Positions 51,947 to 62,015 of a stretch of DNA of 64,000 nucleotides are shown in pieces; positions within the stretch are counted from its first letter, which is position 1, and the number at the start of each line of letters is the position of its first letter. The position numbers were made by a program, and so were the translations under genes. The notes under the pieces were generated by a model. That model did no database searches. It was not told the DNA's origin and saw only the letters and a program-made list of their open reading frames with translations. Source of the stretch: Candidatus Krumholzibacteriota bacterium (GTDB taxonomy: Bacteria; Krumholzibacteriota; Krumholzibacteriia; JAJRXK01); assembly GCA_963806035.1 (NCBI GenBank), contig CAWDWO010000014.1, positions 1 through 64,000 of the forward strand. The letters are read 5' to 3'.

Positions 51947-53398
51947 ATGAACCCAAGCAACGAGCCCGACTCTCCGCTGATCCTCGTAACCGGTGCTACC
52001 GGCTACGTGGGGGGACGCCTGCGCAGCCGCCTCGAATCGGCCGGTCATCGCGTACGCTGCATGGCGCGCCGTCCCGAGAGTCTTGCGCCGCGCGTCGGTC
52101 CTGCGACCGAGGTGGTTCGAGGCGATGTGCTCGAAATCGAGTCACTCGGGCCGGCGCTGAGTGAGGTGGACGTCGCCTACTATCTCGTGCATTCCATGGG
52201 CGCGGGATCGGAGTTCGAGGAACGCGATCGTCTCGGCGCGCAAAACTTTGCGCAGGCCGCGAAGGCAGCGGGGGTGGGCCGGATCGTCTATCTCGGCGGT
52301 CTGGGCGGCGACGAGGGCGAGCTGTCCGCGCATCTTCGCAGTCGCATGGAAGTCGGCGAGATCCTTCGCCAATCTGGCGTGCCAACCCTCGAATTTCGCG
52401 CCTCCATCGTGCTCGGGTCGGGGAGTTTGTCCTTCGAGATGATTCGCTCCTTGGTGGAGCTGCTCCCCATCATGGTAACGCCGAGCTGGGTGCAGGTGCG
52501 CGCCCAACCGATCGCCATCGACGATCTGCTGAACTACCTCCTGGCTGCGCTGGACTATAAAGCCACGGAGAGCAGCGTCTTCGAGATCGGCGGCGCCGAC
52601 CAAGTCTCCTATCGCGAGTTGATGCGTGAATACGCGCGACAGCGAGGACTGCGTCGCATCATGCTTCCGGTGCCGGTACTCACCCCGTGGTTGTCCAGTC
52701 TGTGGCTCGGCCTGGTCACTCCGCTCTATGCACGCGTCGGACGGAAGTTGATCCAGAGCATCCGCAATTCGACCGTCGTGGAGAATCCGGCGGCGCTTGC
52801 GGCCTTTCCCGTTCGCCCGCGCGGAATGTCGCAAGCCATTGCGGCGGCGCTTTGCAACGAGGAGCGCGAGATGGCCGAAACTCGCTGGTATGACGCGGTC
52901 TCCTCGGCGGGGCTCACCAAGAGCTGGGCCGGTACGAGATTTCGCAACCGGATCGTCGACGCACGCTCCCTCGAACTCGAAGTGCCCCCGGAGGTGGCCT
53001 TCGCCCCCATCCGCAGAATCGGTGGCAAGAACGGCTGGTATGCCCACGACTGGCTGTGGCGTCTGCGCGGTGCCATGGACCTGCTGGTGGGCGGGGTGGG
53101 GATGCGCCGCGGCCGACCGGCCGACGATTCCCTGCGCGTGGGTGATCCCGTCGATTTTTGGCGTGTCGAGGCCTACGAACCCGATTCGCTCTTGCGCTTG
53201 AGCGCCGAGATGAAGCTTCCCGGCCGCGCGTGGCTGGAGTTCGAAGTCACTCCCCGGGATGGAGGTTGCACCATCCACCAGACGGCGATGTACGACCCGG
53301 TGGGTCTGTCGGGTCTTCTGTATTGGTACGCCCTCTACGTCGTGCACCGTTTCGTTTTCGCCGGCATGCTGCGCGGCATCGCCCGCGCCGCCAAGTAG
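51947..53398 (+). CDS. NAD(P)-binding atypical SDR with DUF2867-like C-terminus (YbjT-like)
   Basis: VTGATGYVG, AYYLVHSM, HLRSR, GSGSLSFEM, DFWRVE, AEMKLPGRAWLEF. Confidence 0.9.
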   Translation: MNPSNEPDSPLILVTGATGYVGGRLRSRLESAGHRVRCMARRPESLAPRVGPATEVVRGDVLEIESLGPALSEVDVAYYLVHSMGAGSEFEERDRLGAQNFAQAAKAAGVGRIVYLGGLGGDEGELSAHLRSRMEVGEILRQSGVPTLEFRASIVLGSGSLSFEMIRSLVELLPIMVTPSWVQVRAQPIAIDDLLNYLLAALDYKATESSVFEIGGADQVSYRELMREYARQRGLRRIMLPVPVLTPWLSSLWLGLVTPLYARVGRKLIQSIRNSTVVENPAALAAFPVRPRGMSQAIAAALCNEEREMAETRWYDAVSSAGLTKSWAGTRFRNRIVDARSLELEVPPEVAFAPIRRIGGKNGWYAHDWLWRLRGAMDLLVGGVGMRRGRPADDSLRVGDPVDFWRVEAYEPDSLLRLSAEMKLPGRAWLEFEVTPRDGGCTIHQTAMYDPVGLSGLLYWYALYVVHRFVFAGMLRGIARAAK

Positions 53399-53448
53399 GC
53401 ACTCTCCTCTTATGGCGAGCCGGCGGCCCTGAAGTAGAATGAAGGACT

Positions 53449-55366
53449 ATGGAAGCACCTGTGCGACCGGTGATGGTCTTCGATGGCGACTGTGGCTTCT
53501 GCCGCCGCTGGATCGCGCGCTGGAAATACGCCACCGGCGATCGCGTCGAGTACCTTCCCTACCAGGAAGCCGCCCCGCGCTTTCCACAAATCCCGCGCGA
53601 GCGATTCGCGCAAGCGGTGCATCTCGTGGAGCCCGATGGCCGCGTGAGCTTTGGCGCCGAGGCCGTCTTTCGCTCTTTGACCAGCACCACCTCAGGCAAG
53701 TTGTGGCTGCTCCTCTACCGCTACCTTCCCCTCTTCGCGCCGATCAGCGAGACCTTATATAGCTGGGTGGCCCGGCACCGAAACTTCGCCGACCGCTTTA
53801 CCACTTTGTTGTGGGGTCATCATGTGGTGCCGCCGGGGGAAGCTCGCACCGTACGACTCTTTTTGCGCTGCATGGGAGCGGTCTACGCCATCGCATTCTT
53901 CTCCTTGTGGGTACAACTGGATGGTCTGATCGGAATCCACGGCATTCTTCCGGCCAAGGAATACCTCGCTGCCGCTTCCTCGCAGTTGGGAGCGATCCGC
54001 TACTGGGTATTGCCCACCCTGTGCTGGTTTGGATCGGGGAATCTCGCGCTGCATCTGATCTGCGCGGGGGGCGTGCTCTGCGCGGCACTTGCGATCTTCG
54101 GACTCTTGCCGGCGCCCGCGTTCTCGGGCGCGTGGATCGCTTACCTCTCGCTGGTCACGGTGGGACAGGACTTCCTTCACTTCCAGTGGGACAGTCTTCT
54201 GCTCGAAGCCGGCTTCGTCGCCATCCTGCTGGCGCCGTGGCGCTTGCGTTTACGTGGCGGTGGACAGGCGCGCGGAGCGCAACAGTATCGTCCCCCGCGC
54301 GGCGCCCTGTGGCTCGGCCGCTGGCTTTTGTTCCGGCTGATGTTCGCTTCGGCCGTCGTCAAGCTCACGAGCGGCGACCCCTCGTGGCACTCGCTCACCG
54401 CACTCGACTACCACTACTTCACCCAGCCCCTACCACCGTGGACGGCCTGGTACTTCCACCTCTTGCCGCAGTGGTTCCAGAAGCTCTCGGTAGTGTTCAT
54501 GTTCGCCGTGGAAGGTTCGCACCCTTTCTGATCTTCGGTCCACGGCGCCTGCGCTTTTGCGCCGCGGGCGCGATCGCTACCCTGCAGCTGCTGATTCTCC
54601 TCACGGGCAATTACGGTTTCTTCAACCTGCTGGCACTCTCGCTGTGCGTGCTGCTTCTGGACGACGGGCTCTTGAGCGGCATCTCGCGTGGGGTTCCAGG
54701 CGCGCTTTTGTCATCCGGTGCGTCCACGGCGGAGTCGGAGGACGGTTCTGCGGACGCATCGAGCCTGGCGCGCGGGCACCCCTGGCCGCGCCGCATCGTC
54801 GTCCTGGCTCTGTTTCTTTTGAGCCTGGTTCCGATGGCGCGCACCCTTCGCCTACCGTCAGACTGCTTGGGTCCGCTCGAGGAGGTTTACCGTTGGAGTT
54901 CGCCGCTGCAGCTCGTGAACTCCTACGGACTCTTCGCGGTCATGACGACCGAGCGGCCCGAGATCATCGTCGAGGGAAGTCGTGACGGGGAGCACTGGAA
55001 GCCCTACGAGTTTCGCTACAAGCCGGGCGAGCTCAGCCGGCGGCCTCGCTTCGTGATTGCACACATGCCGCGCCTCGACTGGCAGATGTGGTTCGCGGCC
55101 CTGGGCGACTACCGTCAGAACCGCTGGTTCCTCGCCTTCTGCCAACGCCTGCTGGAGGGATCGGCCGATGTCACCGGGCTTCTGGCCGATGACCCCTTCG
55201 CCGGTGATCCCCCCCGTTACCTGCGCGCCCGAGTCTTCCTCTACGCTTCACCACGCCCGCACAGCGCCGACAGACCCACCGCTGGTGGACGCGGAGCTTG
55301 CGTGGACCCTACCTCCCAACCCTCACGCTGAGCGAGGGCCGACTGGCCGCGGCCAAGCCGCAGTAA
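53449..55366 (+). CDS. DCC1-like (DUF393) thiol-disulfide domain fused to lipase maturation factor family protein; two -1 frameshifts (about 54515 and 55244)
   Basis: FDGDCGFC; FQWDSLLLEAG, TQPLP, TGNYGFFNLL, NSYGLFAVMT, HMPRLDWQMWFAA; repaired tail YRFTT...WW...GPYLP ends with TAA at 55366. Confidence 0.85.
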
Positions 55367-55409
55367 GACGGTGGAGAACTGCGAGTTCTGCAGGAGAGTT
55401 GATTCGGCG

Positions 55410-55934
55410 TCAATTCGGCGAGATCAAGTCCTGGGGTAATGCCGTGGACTCCGGAACGACGGAGCTCTTCTTCTTCAGCTCCCCGTACGCACCGAGCAAG
55501 GCCACGATCGCCACCAACGACGCGAGGAGGTGCACGAAGCTGCCCAACTCTTCGGCCTTGTCCAGCATTCCCCAACGGCTGAGCAGCCAGTTCCAGTCGT
55601 GGATGTTCCCGCCCACCAGGGGAAGGGCCATGCGGCGCGCGTCGCCGATGTACCTCGCCGCGTACATCAGACTCTCCGCGAACCAGACCACGACGACATA
55701 CGCCTCAAAACGCTGCCGGCGTTTGAAGAAGTAGCCCACGAAGAGGGCGGGGAAGATGAGCTGGCCCAGGGTGCCCCCCAGGAAGTAGATGGTCCGTCCG
55801 AAGGGACTGAAGAAGACGTGGCCCGCCTCGTGGATCAATAGATTGACCCCATCGACGAAGTGGTAGCGGTAGCCGAAGATCAGCCAGACCACGTAGGGCA
55901 CCAATGCCGCCAGGAAGATCGCTTTTGCCTTCAT
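55410..55934 (-). CDS. Membrane protein with HExxH motif (M50-like)
   Basis: NLLIHEAGHVFF, LGGTLGQL, YIGDAR, HDWNWLL. Confidence 0.85.
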   Translation of the reverse strand: MKAKAIFLAALVPYVVWLIFGYRYHFVDGVNLLIHEAGHVFFSPFGRTIYFLGGTLGQLIFPALFVGYFFKRRQRFEAYVVVVWFAESLMYAARYIGDARRMALPLVGGNIHDWNWLLSRWGMLDKAEELGSFVHLLASLVAIVALLGAYGELKKKSSVVPESTALPQDLISPN

Positions 55935-56039
55935 GCCGCCGATCGGTAGCAAGAAGGGTGCTTGGGTGGATGCCCCTCTTTGCCTTCATTTCAGGGGCAT
56001 AAGGGCCGATTCGAGCCCCTTGGGAGGTTTTTTGCAAAT

Positions 56040-56084
56040 ATACCGACCGGTCGGTTTGACATTTCCCGCGCCCGATGCTAGGAT
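56040..56084 (+). promoter_or_regulatory. TetR operator overlapping a sigma70 promoter; probable leaderless tetR
   Basis: ATACCGACCGGTCGGTTT 56040-56057; TTGACA 56056-56061; 17 bp; TGcTAGGAT with -10 at 56079-56084; ATG at 56092. Confidence 0.8.
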
Positions 56085-56091
56085 GTCGCCC

Positions 56092-56673
56092 ATGTCCAGC
56101 GAAGTACAGGAAAGGCTGATCACCGCCGCCAGGCAGCAGATGCTCCGTCAGGGTTACGCGGCGACGGGGATCGAAGCCATCTGCCGTGAAGCCGGGGTCA
56201 GCAAGGGCGCCTTTTATCACTCCTTTGCCAGCAAGGAAGCGGTCGCCGTCGCGGCGCTGGAGAGCTTCTATCGGCATGGCCTGCAGGAGCTCGGGACCAT
56301 CGACCTGAGTGAGGCCGCCCCCGCCGAGCGTCTTCCGCTCTTCGTCGAGCGCCTGGCCGATCGGGCCGGCTTGTTGTGGGAAAATGGCTGCTTGCTCGGT
56401 GGACTCGCCAGCGAGATGGCGATCACCAGCGACGAGCTGCAACGCCAGGTCGCCCGTCAATTCGATGGCCTGGCCGCCATGGTGGCCCGACTCGCCCAAC
56501 CCTTCGTGGAAGCACTGCCCGATTCAGACTTCAGCGCCACCGAGGTGGCCGAAGATCTCCTTGCCTTCATCGAAGGGGCCGTCGTTCTGGCGCGGGCCCA
56601 CCGTGATCCCGAGCGCCTACGCGTCCCCTTCCAACGCTACGCCGCCATGCTGCGCGCCCTTCAGGCGCGCTAA
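56092..56673 (+). CDS. TetR/AcrR family regulator (NemR-like)
   Basis: GYAATGIEAICREAGVSKGAFYHSFASKE; GCLLGGLASE. Confidence 0.93.
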   Translation: MSSEVQERLITAARQQMLRQGYAATGIEAICREAGVSKGAFYHSFASKEAVAVAALESFYRHGLQELGTIDLSEAAPAERLPLFVERLADRAGLLWENGCLLGGLASEMAITSDELQRQVARQFDGLAAMVARLAQPFVEALPDSDFSATEVAEDLLAFIEGAVVLARAHRDPERLRVPFQRYAAMLRALQAR

Positions 56674-56717
56674 GAATTCCCCCGAAAAGGTCTCTGCGGG
56701 ACCAGAAGGAAGTTGCC

Positions 56718-57503
56718 ATGAACGTTCAAGAACTCGAGGCATTACATACCGACCGGTCGGTATCAATCACGAACTCCAAACTACAACGCGTCGCGATCCT
56801 GGCCTACGGGGTCGGCTCCTATGCGGTCGGATTCACCTCCCTGCTCCTGGTGATCCTGGCCTGCCTCGGTGTGTATCGTTTCTCGGGCGGACCGGTCCAG
56901 ATCACGAGTCCGCTGCTGGCCGTCCTCTTCAACCTCGGCCTTCTGTTGATTTTCGGGCTGCAGCACAGCGTGATGGCGCGGCCCTCCTTCAAGAAGCGTT
57001 GGACCCGCGTCATCCACCCCTCGCTGGAACGACCCACCTTCGTTCTCACCACGGGCGCCGTGTTGATTCCCTTGGTCGCGCTCTGGCAACCACTCCCGAG
57101 CATGGTGTGGTCCTTGGGCGCGCCACTTTTGCGCGATGCGGTGACCGGCGTTGCCCTGCTCGGCTGGACCTACCTGTTCTTGGCGACCTTCGCGATCAAC
57201 CATTTCGAACTCTTCGGGCTTCAGCAGAGTTGGCGGGGATTTCTCGACCGGCTGCCGGTTCCCGTGCCCTTTCGCGAGCGTTGGATGTACCGCATCGATC
57301 GCCATCCCATCATGACCGGTCTCTTGGTGGGCCTGTGGGCGGCGCCGGAGATGACGGTGGGACGCCTGCTCTTCGCCGCGGGCTTCTCGGTCTACATCGT
57401 CATCGGGGTGTACTTCGAGGAGCGCACCTTGAGGCGGCAATGGGGCGATACCTACGAGACCTATCGCAGACGTGTGTCATCGGTCGTTCCGACGATGCGG
57501 TGA
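56718..57503 (+). CDS. mddA: Methanethiol S-methyltransferase-like membrane methyltransferase
   Basis: FGLQHSVMARPSFK, TFAINHFELFGLQQ, RHPIMTG, WAAPEMT, YIVIGVYFEER. Confidence 0.75.
   Translation: MNVQELEALHTDRSVSITNSKLQRVAILAYGVGSYAVGFTSLLLVILACLGVYRFSGGPVQITSPLLAVLFNLGLLLIFGLQHSVMARPSFKKRWTRVIHPSLERPTFVLTTGAVLIPLVALWQPLPSMVWSLGAPLLRDAVTGVALLGWTYLFLATFAINHFELFGLQQSWRGFLDRLPVPVPFRERWMYRIDRHPIMTGLLVGLWAAPEMTVGRLLFAAGFSVYIVIGVYFEERTLRRQWGDTYETYRRRVSSVVPTMR
56746..56763. promoter_or_regulatory. Second TetR operator inside the mddA-like CDS
   Basis: Perfect 18-bp palindrome ATACCGACCGGTCGGTAT, 17/18 identical to 56040-56057. Confidence 0.75.
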
Positions 57504-57676
57504 GTTCCTTGGTTCAGCTCGATTGAGCTTTTGAAAACGGTGGAATTGGCGCAGGATCTCTGCCGAGCAAAGGCCAAGGGAGATTCCGGGTCGCGCCCGA
57601 CTCGATCTCCTTGGACGAAGGACTCGGAAGGCGAAGGTACGAGAAAAATGGAACCTGGGGTGTGGCACCTTACCCA

Positions 57677-58642
57677 ATGATTGATCTGGCCCTCATCGTG
57701 ATTGGCTTGACTCTTCTGATCGCCGGAGGCGAAGCCCTCGTTCGCGGCGCCTCCGGCATCGCGCTGCGCGCCAACGTCTCACCCGCAGTCATTGGCCTGA
57801 CCATCGTGGCGGCGGGCACATCGATGCCCGAACTCGTGGTATCGCTTCAGTCAGCACTCCAGGGCCGGCCGGGCATTGCCATTGGCAATGTCGTTGGCTC
57901 GAACATCTTCAACATCGCGGCGATTTTGGGGCTGACGGCTTTGATGCGTCCGCTGCAGATCCGGGGCAACACCGTGCGCCTGGAGTGGCCCGTCATGATG
58001 CTGGCCGCTCTTCAGTTTCTCCTGCTCACCCGCGACGGACGCTGCGACCGCTTCGAGGGTGGCTTCCTCCTCGCCACCATGCTCGCCTTTTTCGCCTATG
58101 TGGTATGGCTTGCCAGAAACGGCGCCACGCCAGTCGAACGCGACGGGCTGGTCGAGGTCGTTACGAGGCCGGTGGGACCCGTTGGCGGGGCAAGCCCGCT
58201 CTTTGATCTTGCCGCCACTTTGGTCGGGGTGGGACTCTTGGCCGCGGGATCGACGCTCTTGGTTCATGGCGCGGTTGGTGTGGCAACTGCTTTGGGAGTC
58301 TCTGAGACGGTCATCGGCCTGACGATCGTGGCCGCGGGAACGAGCACGCCCGAATTGGTCACCTCCCTCGTCGCCGCATGGCGCGGGCGGGACGATATCG
58401 CAGTGGGAAACGTGATCGGTTCCAACATCTTCAACATCTTGGGAATCGTCGGCGTCACCGCCTTGGTCCATCCCGTGGAGATTCCCCGTGAGGTGCTGGC
58501 GAGAGACGTGTGGTGGATGATCGGGGCCTCCCTCCTCCTCTTCCCCTTGATGAAGTCGGGCATGCGGATCAACCGGCTGGAAGGGGCGCTTCTCTTCATG
58601 GGTTTCATACTCTACATGGCGGTGCTGCTCCGTGGTGTCTGA
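57677..58642 (+). CDS. Calcium/sodium antiporter (YrbG-like)
   Basis: Two alpha repeats GLTIVAAGTSxPEL and GNVxGSNIFNI. Confidence 0.93.
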   Translation: MIDLALIVIGLTLLIAGGEALVRGASGIALRANVSPAVIGLTIVAAGTSMPELVVSLQSALQGRPGIAIGNVVGSNIFNIAAILGLTALMRPLQIRGNTVRLEWPVMMLAALQFLLLTRDGRCDRFEGGFLLATMLAFFAYVVWLARNGATPVERDGLVEVVTRPVGPVGGASPLFDLAATLVGVGLLAAGSTLLVHGAVGVATALGVSETVIGLTIVAAGTSTPELVTSLVAAWRGRDDIAVGNVIGSNIFNILGIVGVTALVHPVEIPREVLARDVWWMIGASLLLFPLMKSGMRINRLEGALLFMGFILYMAVLLRGV

Positions 58643-58809
58643 CTTGCGGCCGTTCGAGCTGAGAGGAGGACATTGCCCTCCGACGACACGAGGTGCCCTC
58701 GCGCACTGCGTGACCTGGACCGCACTCGGTGATATTCTTGCGGGTGGAAAATCGCCGACGCAACCCGCGCGGCGTCTATACCCCCTCTTTTCCTCGGGAG
58801 ATCTACGAC

Positions 58810-59775
58810 GTGCGTCGAGCCCCTCTGATGCTGGTCTACCTTGTCCTCCTCTCGCTTTCGATCGTCGCGCCCGCCAACGCGCAGCCGCTTCCCTCCTGGC
58901 GCGAGGGCGCGGCGCGCACCGCCATTCTGGAGTTCGTGGCCGCGGTGTGCGACACGACGAGTCCCGACTTCGTTCCACGAGATGAACGCATCGCGGTGCT
59001 GGACAATGACGGGACCTGCTGGTGCGAAGAACCGCACTCGGCAAGCAGCACCTTTCAGCTCTCACTGCTGCGCAGCTTGGTGGCGAGTGGATTGGTCGAT
59101 GGCGAGCAAATGCCGCAGCGAGCCTGGCTGGCCAACGACCACAAGGCCTTGCGCGCGTTCGGTTGGGACGCGGCTTACGAGGGTAGGAACGCTGCCTTTG
59201 CCGGGATGAGCGTGGAGGCCTACCGGGATTCGTCCCGCGCATTTCTCGAGCGAGCACGCGACCCGCACTTCGACCGGCCGTACACCCAGCTCTTCTATGT
59301 GCCGATGTTCGAACTGAAGGACTATCTCCAGGCTCATGGCTTCCAGGTCTGGATCGTCACCGGAGGGGAACAGGACTTCGTTCGTGTCCTTTACGGAGAG
59401 GTGATCGGCCTCGATCCCGCGCGGGTGATCGGCACCTGGACGACCCCCGTGTACAGTGTGGTGAACGGTAGGCCGCAACTGGTTCGTACTGGCTCCCGCG
59501 TGTACAACGGTCACGAGCACAAACCGGAGGACATCTACATGCGCATTGGCCGCCGGCCGATCTTCGCCGCGGGGAACAGTAACAATGACGAACCCATGTG
59601 CCTGTACTCCCTCACCGGAACGCATCGTGGTCTGGCGCTCTGGATTCAGCACGACGATGCCGAGCGCGAGTTCGCCCGCCGTGGGCATCCCGACAAGATC
59701 GAGGCCCTGTGCCGGGACAATGCGGCCGCCATCCCGGTGAGCATGAAGAGGGACTGGGCTCGGGTCTTCCCTTGA
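58810..59775 (+). CDS. Exported HAD-family hydrolase
   Basis: LPSWREG, DNDGTCWCE, WIVTGG, K, AAGNSNND. Confidence 0.85.
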   Translation: MRRAPLMLVYLVLLSLSIVAPANAQPLPSWREGAARTAILEFVAAVCDTTSPDFVPRDERIAVLDNDGTCWCEEPHSASSTFQLSLLRSLVASGLVDGEQMPQRAWLANDHKALRAFGWDAAYEGRNAAFAGMSVEAYRDSSRAFLERARDPHFDRPYTQLFYVPMFELKDYLQAHGFQVWIVTGGEQDFVRVLYGEVIGLDPARVIGTWTTPVYSVVNGRPQLVRTGSRVYNGHEHKPEDIYMRIGRRPIFAAGNSNNDEPMCLYSLTGTHRGLALWIQHDDAEREFARRGHPDKIEALCRDNAAAIPVSMKRDWARVFP

Positions 59776-59834
59776 GGATGAGCTGGGGGGAGCCCTGGAC
59801 TGTATAGAGGACCAGGTGGTATGATGTTTTGGTC

Positions 59835-60401
59835 ATGAAACGCCTCTGGATCCTCCTCCTCGCGCTCATGCTGCAGGGTCCTGCCGCCGGGCAATCGTCT
59901 GCCGCCACCCTTGCCTACAGCTCGGACTGCTCCGGCGTACCCACGCAGTACCTCTTCGAGGGTGGTTGCGTCATCATACCCTTTTCGCTGATCGCCCTGG
60001 ATCTCACCGAAGCCATGAAGGCCGTGGAATTCTCGATGAGTCTTCCACCAGGGGTGGATCTTGCGTGCGCCTATGGATCTCCAGGTGACCTCTCTCGTGA
60101 GGGCGACAACTTCTACATCACCTTCGACGAGTGCCTGCAAGCAGGAGATTCGGTCACGCTCTTTGTCTTCTATCCGGTTTATGACCCGGTCATCACCGGA
60201 CAATCCTGTCTCGGTCCCGCCACCCCCTCGCACCTCGGTCTCACGGAAGCCGGTTATCTCAGTTGCGACGGGAAGGCTGTCGCGTTCGAAACCTGGGCCC
60301 ACTCCAATTCCAACGTACCCAGAGGCTGCACCACGATGGTTCTCGAACAGGGCGGACCGGCAAGCGAGAGCCACTGGGGCGCGATGAAGAGTTGGTTCTG
60401 A
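59835..60401 (+). CDS. Secreted Cys-containing protein with C-terminal WGxxKxxF tail
   Basis: Signal peptide; ends SESHWGAMKSWF. Confidence 0.8.
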   Translation: MKRLWILLLALMLQGPAAGQSSAATLAYSSDCSGVPTQYLFEGGCVIIPFSLIALDLTEAMKAVEFSMSLPPGVDLACAYGSPGDLSREGDNFYITFDECLQAGDSVTLFVFYPVYDPVITGQSCLGPATPSHLGLTEAGYLSCDGKAVAFETWAHSNSNVPRGCTTMVLEQGGPASESHWGAMKSWF

Positions 60402-60427
60402 CTCGCGGCCGGGTCCTCGCCGCTGCG

Positions 60428-61969
60428 ATGGCGGCCCTTTTTGGTGGCGGGCTCGTCCTGTACATGACAGGCAGCCTGGGCCTGGCTATCACCCCCGATT
60501 CCCTGCGCTACCTGGCAGCGGCGAAGAACCTGGCCGAGGGCCATGGTCTCCTGGGCTACGACAACACGCCCTTTGTCAGCTGGCCTCCACTATTGCCCAT
60601 GGTGCTCGCGCTGATGCAGACCGTGGGCATGGAGATGGTCCATGGACTGCGCTGGTTCTATGCCCTGCTCAACGCCTTCGTCTTGGCCTTTTCGGTCTAC
60701 TGGGTCGCTCGCAATGCAGATGAAAGCTCCCGGCCTCTTTCCACGTGGGCTCCATTCCTCTTCGCCGCCACCGTCGTGTGCAGCTTGCCGCAGCTGCGCG
60801 TGGCAACTGCCGTCTGGTCCGAGCTGCTGTTCATCGCTTTGGCATTGATTTGCCTGCATGCAGCCGTCGCTGCATCGATGAGCTACGACCGCAAGACCTT
60901 CGCGGTGGTGGTGGTCGCGGCCGCCCTGGCTTGCCTCAGCCGCTACAGCGCCCTCGCGCTTCTCTTTGCCGTCGCCTCGTTGTTCGTTCTGGTCGGCAGC
61001 GGTGGTCTTGGCAAGCGCTGGAAGCGCAGCCTCCTCTTCGGATCGGCGGCGGGGCTCCCCCTGGCTCTGTGGATGCTTCGCAATTGGTATGCGAGCGGCA
61101 CCCTCACCGGACCACGATACGCAAGCATCTATCCTGTGGGCGAAGCAACCGATCTGCTGGGAGCCTCCATCCCCAGATTGTTCCTTCCCGCCAGAATCGC
61201 GGATCGCGTTCCCGGACACGTCTGGCTGCTTCTCTTCGCCCTGCTCTTGGCGGGAAGCTTGTGGTCCAGCGTGCGTTCTGTACGAAGAGACCCGCCGAGC
61301 TTTCGCCGCATCTCACGCCTGGCTTTGGTTTTGTATCTGGCGTGGTTCTTTTTGATGCTGGTGGCCGCTTTCGCGACCATTGGCATGGATGTTCCCAACG
61401 ATCGCCTCTGGGCGCCGGCCGTTCTGCCTGCCTTGATTCTCCTCGGCCTGTTTGTGCAAAGGAAAAGCGACTGGCGCAGCTGGACCGCCCTACTGATTTT
61501 GACCGGGGTGATGCTCAGCGGCGCCGTTCGTCTTCCCGCCAGAATCGAGAGATTTCAAGAGAAGGATGCGGTCTATGCCCTACCCAGCTGGCAGCACTCT
61601 CAGCTGCTTCGGTATCTGCGGGACAAGCCCCTGAAGGGAACCGTGATCAGCAATCAGCCGGAATTCTTGCACTATGCGCTGGGCATTCAGGTGCACTCGG
61701 CTCCACGCTTCAAGAACTACAACAGCAAGAATCTATGGATCCAGAAGGACGAGGTGCGACGTTTCGAGGCTACGGTGAAGCGCGGGCACGGCGCACACAT
61801 CGTGTGGTTCAACCAAACCAAGGGGTATCTCTTCCCCTTGGCGTGGCTTCAGAAGTACTTCCCCTTCGAGACCATCGCAGAGACGGGCGATGGCAAGCTC
61901 TTCTACCTGGGTAGCTTCGAAGGTTCCGTGGTTCCCAAGAACGAGGACGCCCAGCCCAGGCAAGAGTAG
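60428..61969 (+). CDS. GT-C fold membrane glycosyltransferase (ArnT/PMT-like); start uncertain
   Basis: TPDSLRYL, WPPLLP, WSELLF, LSRYSA, WMLRN; multiple TM helices. Confidence 0.8.
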   Translation: MAALFGGGLVLYMTGSLGLAITPDSLRYLAAAKNLAEGHGLLGYDNTPFVSWPPLLPMVLALMQTVGMEMVHGLRWFYALLNAFVLAFSVYWVARNADESSRPLSTWAPFLFAATVVCSLPQLRVATAVWSELLFIALALICLHAAVAASMSYDRKTFAVVVVAAALACLSRYSALALLFAVASLFVLVGSGGLGKRWKRSLLFGSAAGLPLALWMLRNWYASGTLTGPRYASIYPVGEATDLLGASIPRLFLPARIADRVPGHVWLLLFALLLAGSLWSSVRSVRRDPPSFRRISRLALVLYLAWFFLMLVAAFATIGMDVPNDRLWAPAVLPALILLGLFVQRKSDWRSWTALLILTGVMLSGAVRLPARIERFQEKDAVYALPSWQHSQLLRYLRDKPLKGTVISNQPEFLHYALGIQVHSAPRFKNYNSKNLWIQKDEVRRFEATVKRGHGAHIVWFNQTKGYLFPLAWLQKYFPFETIAETGDGKLFYLGSFEGSVVPKNEDAQPRQE

Positions 61970-62015
61970 CCAGGGCCCTCTTCTGCCTGTTCCTCTTGCC
62001 TCATTGGTTTGTCCC

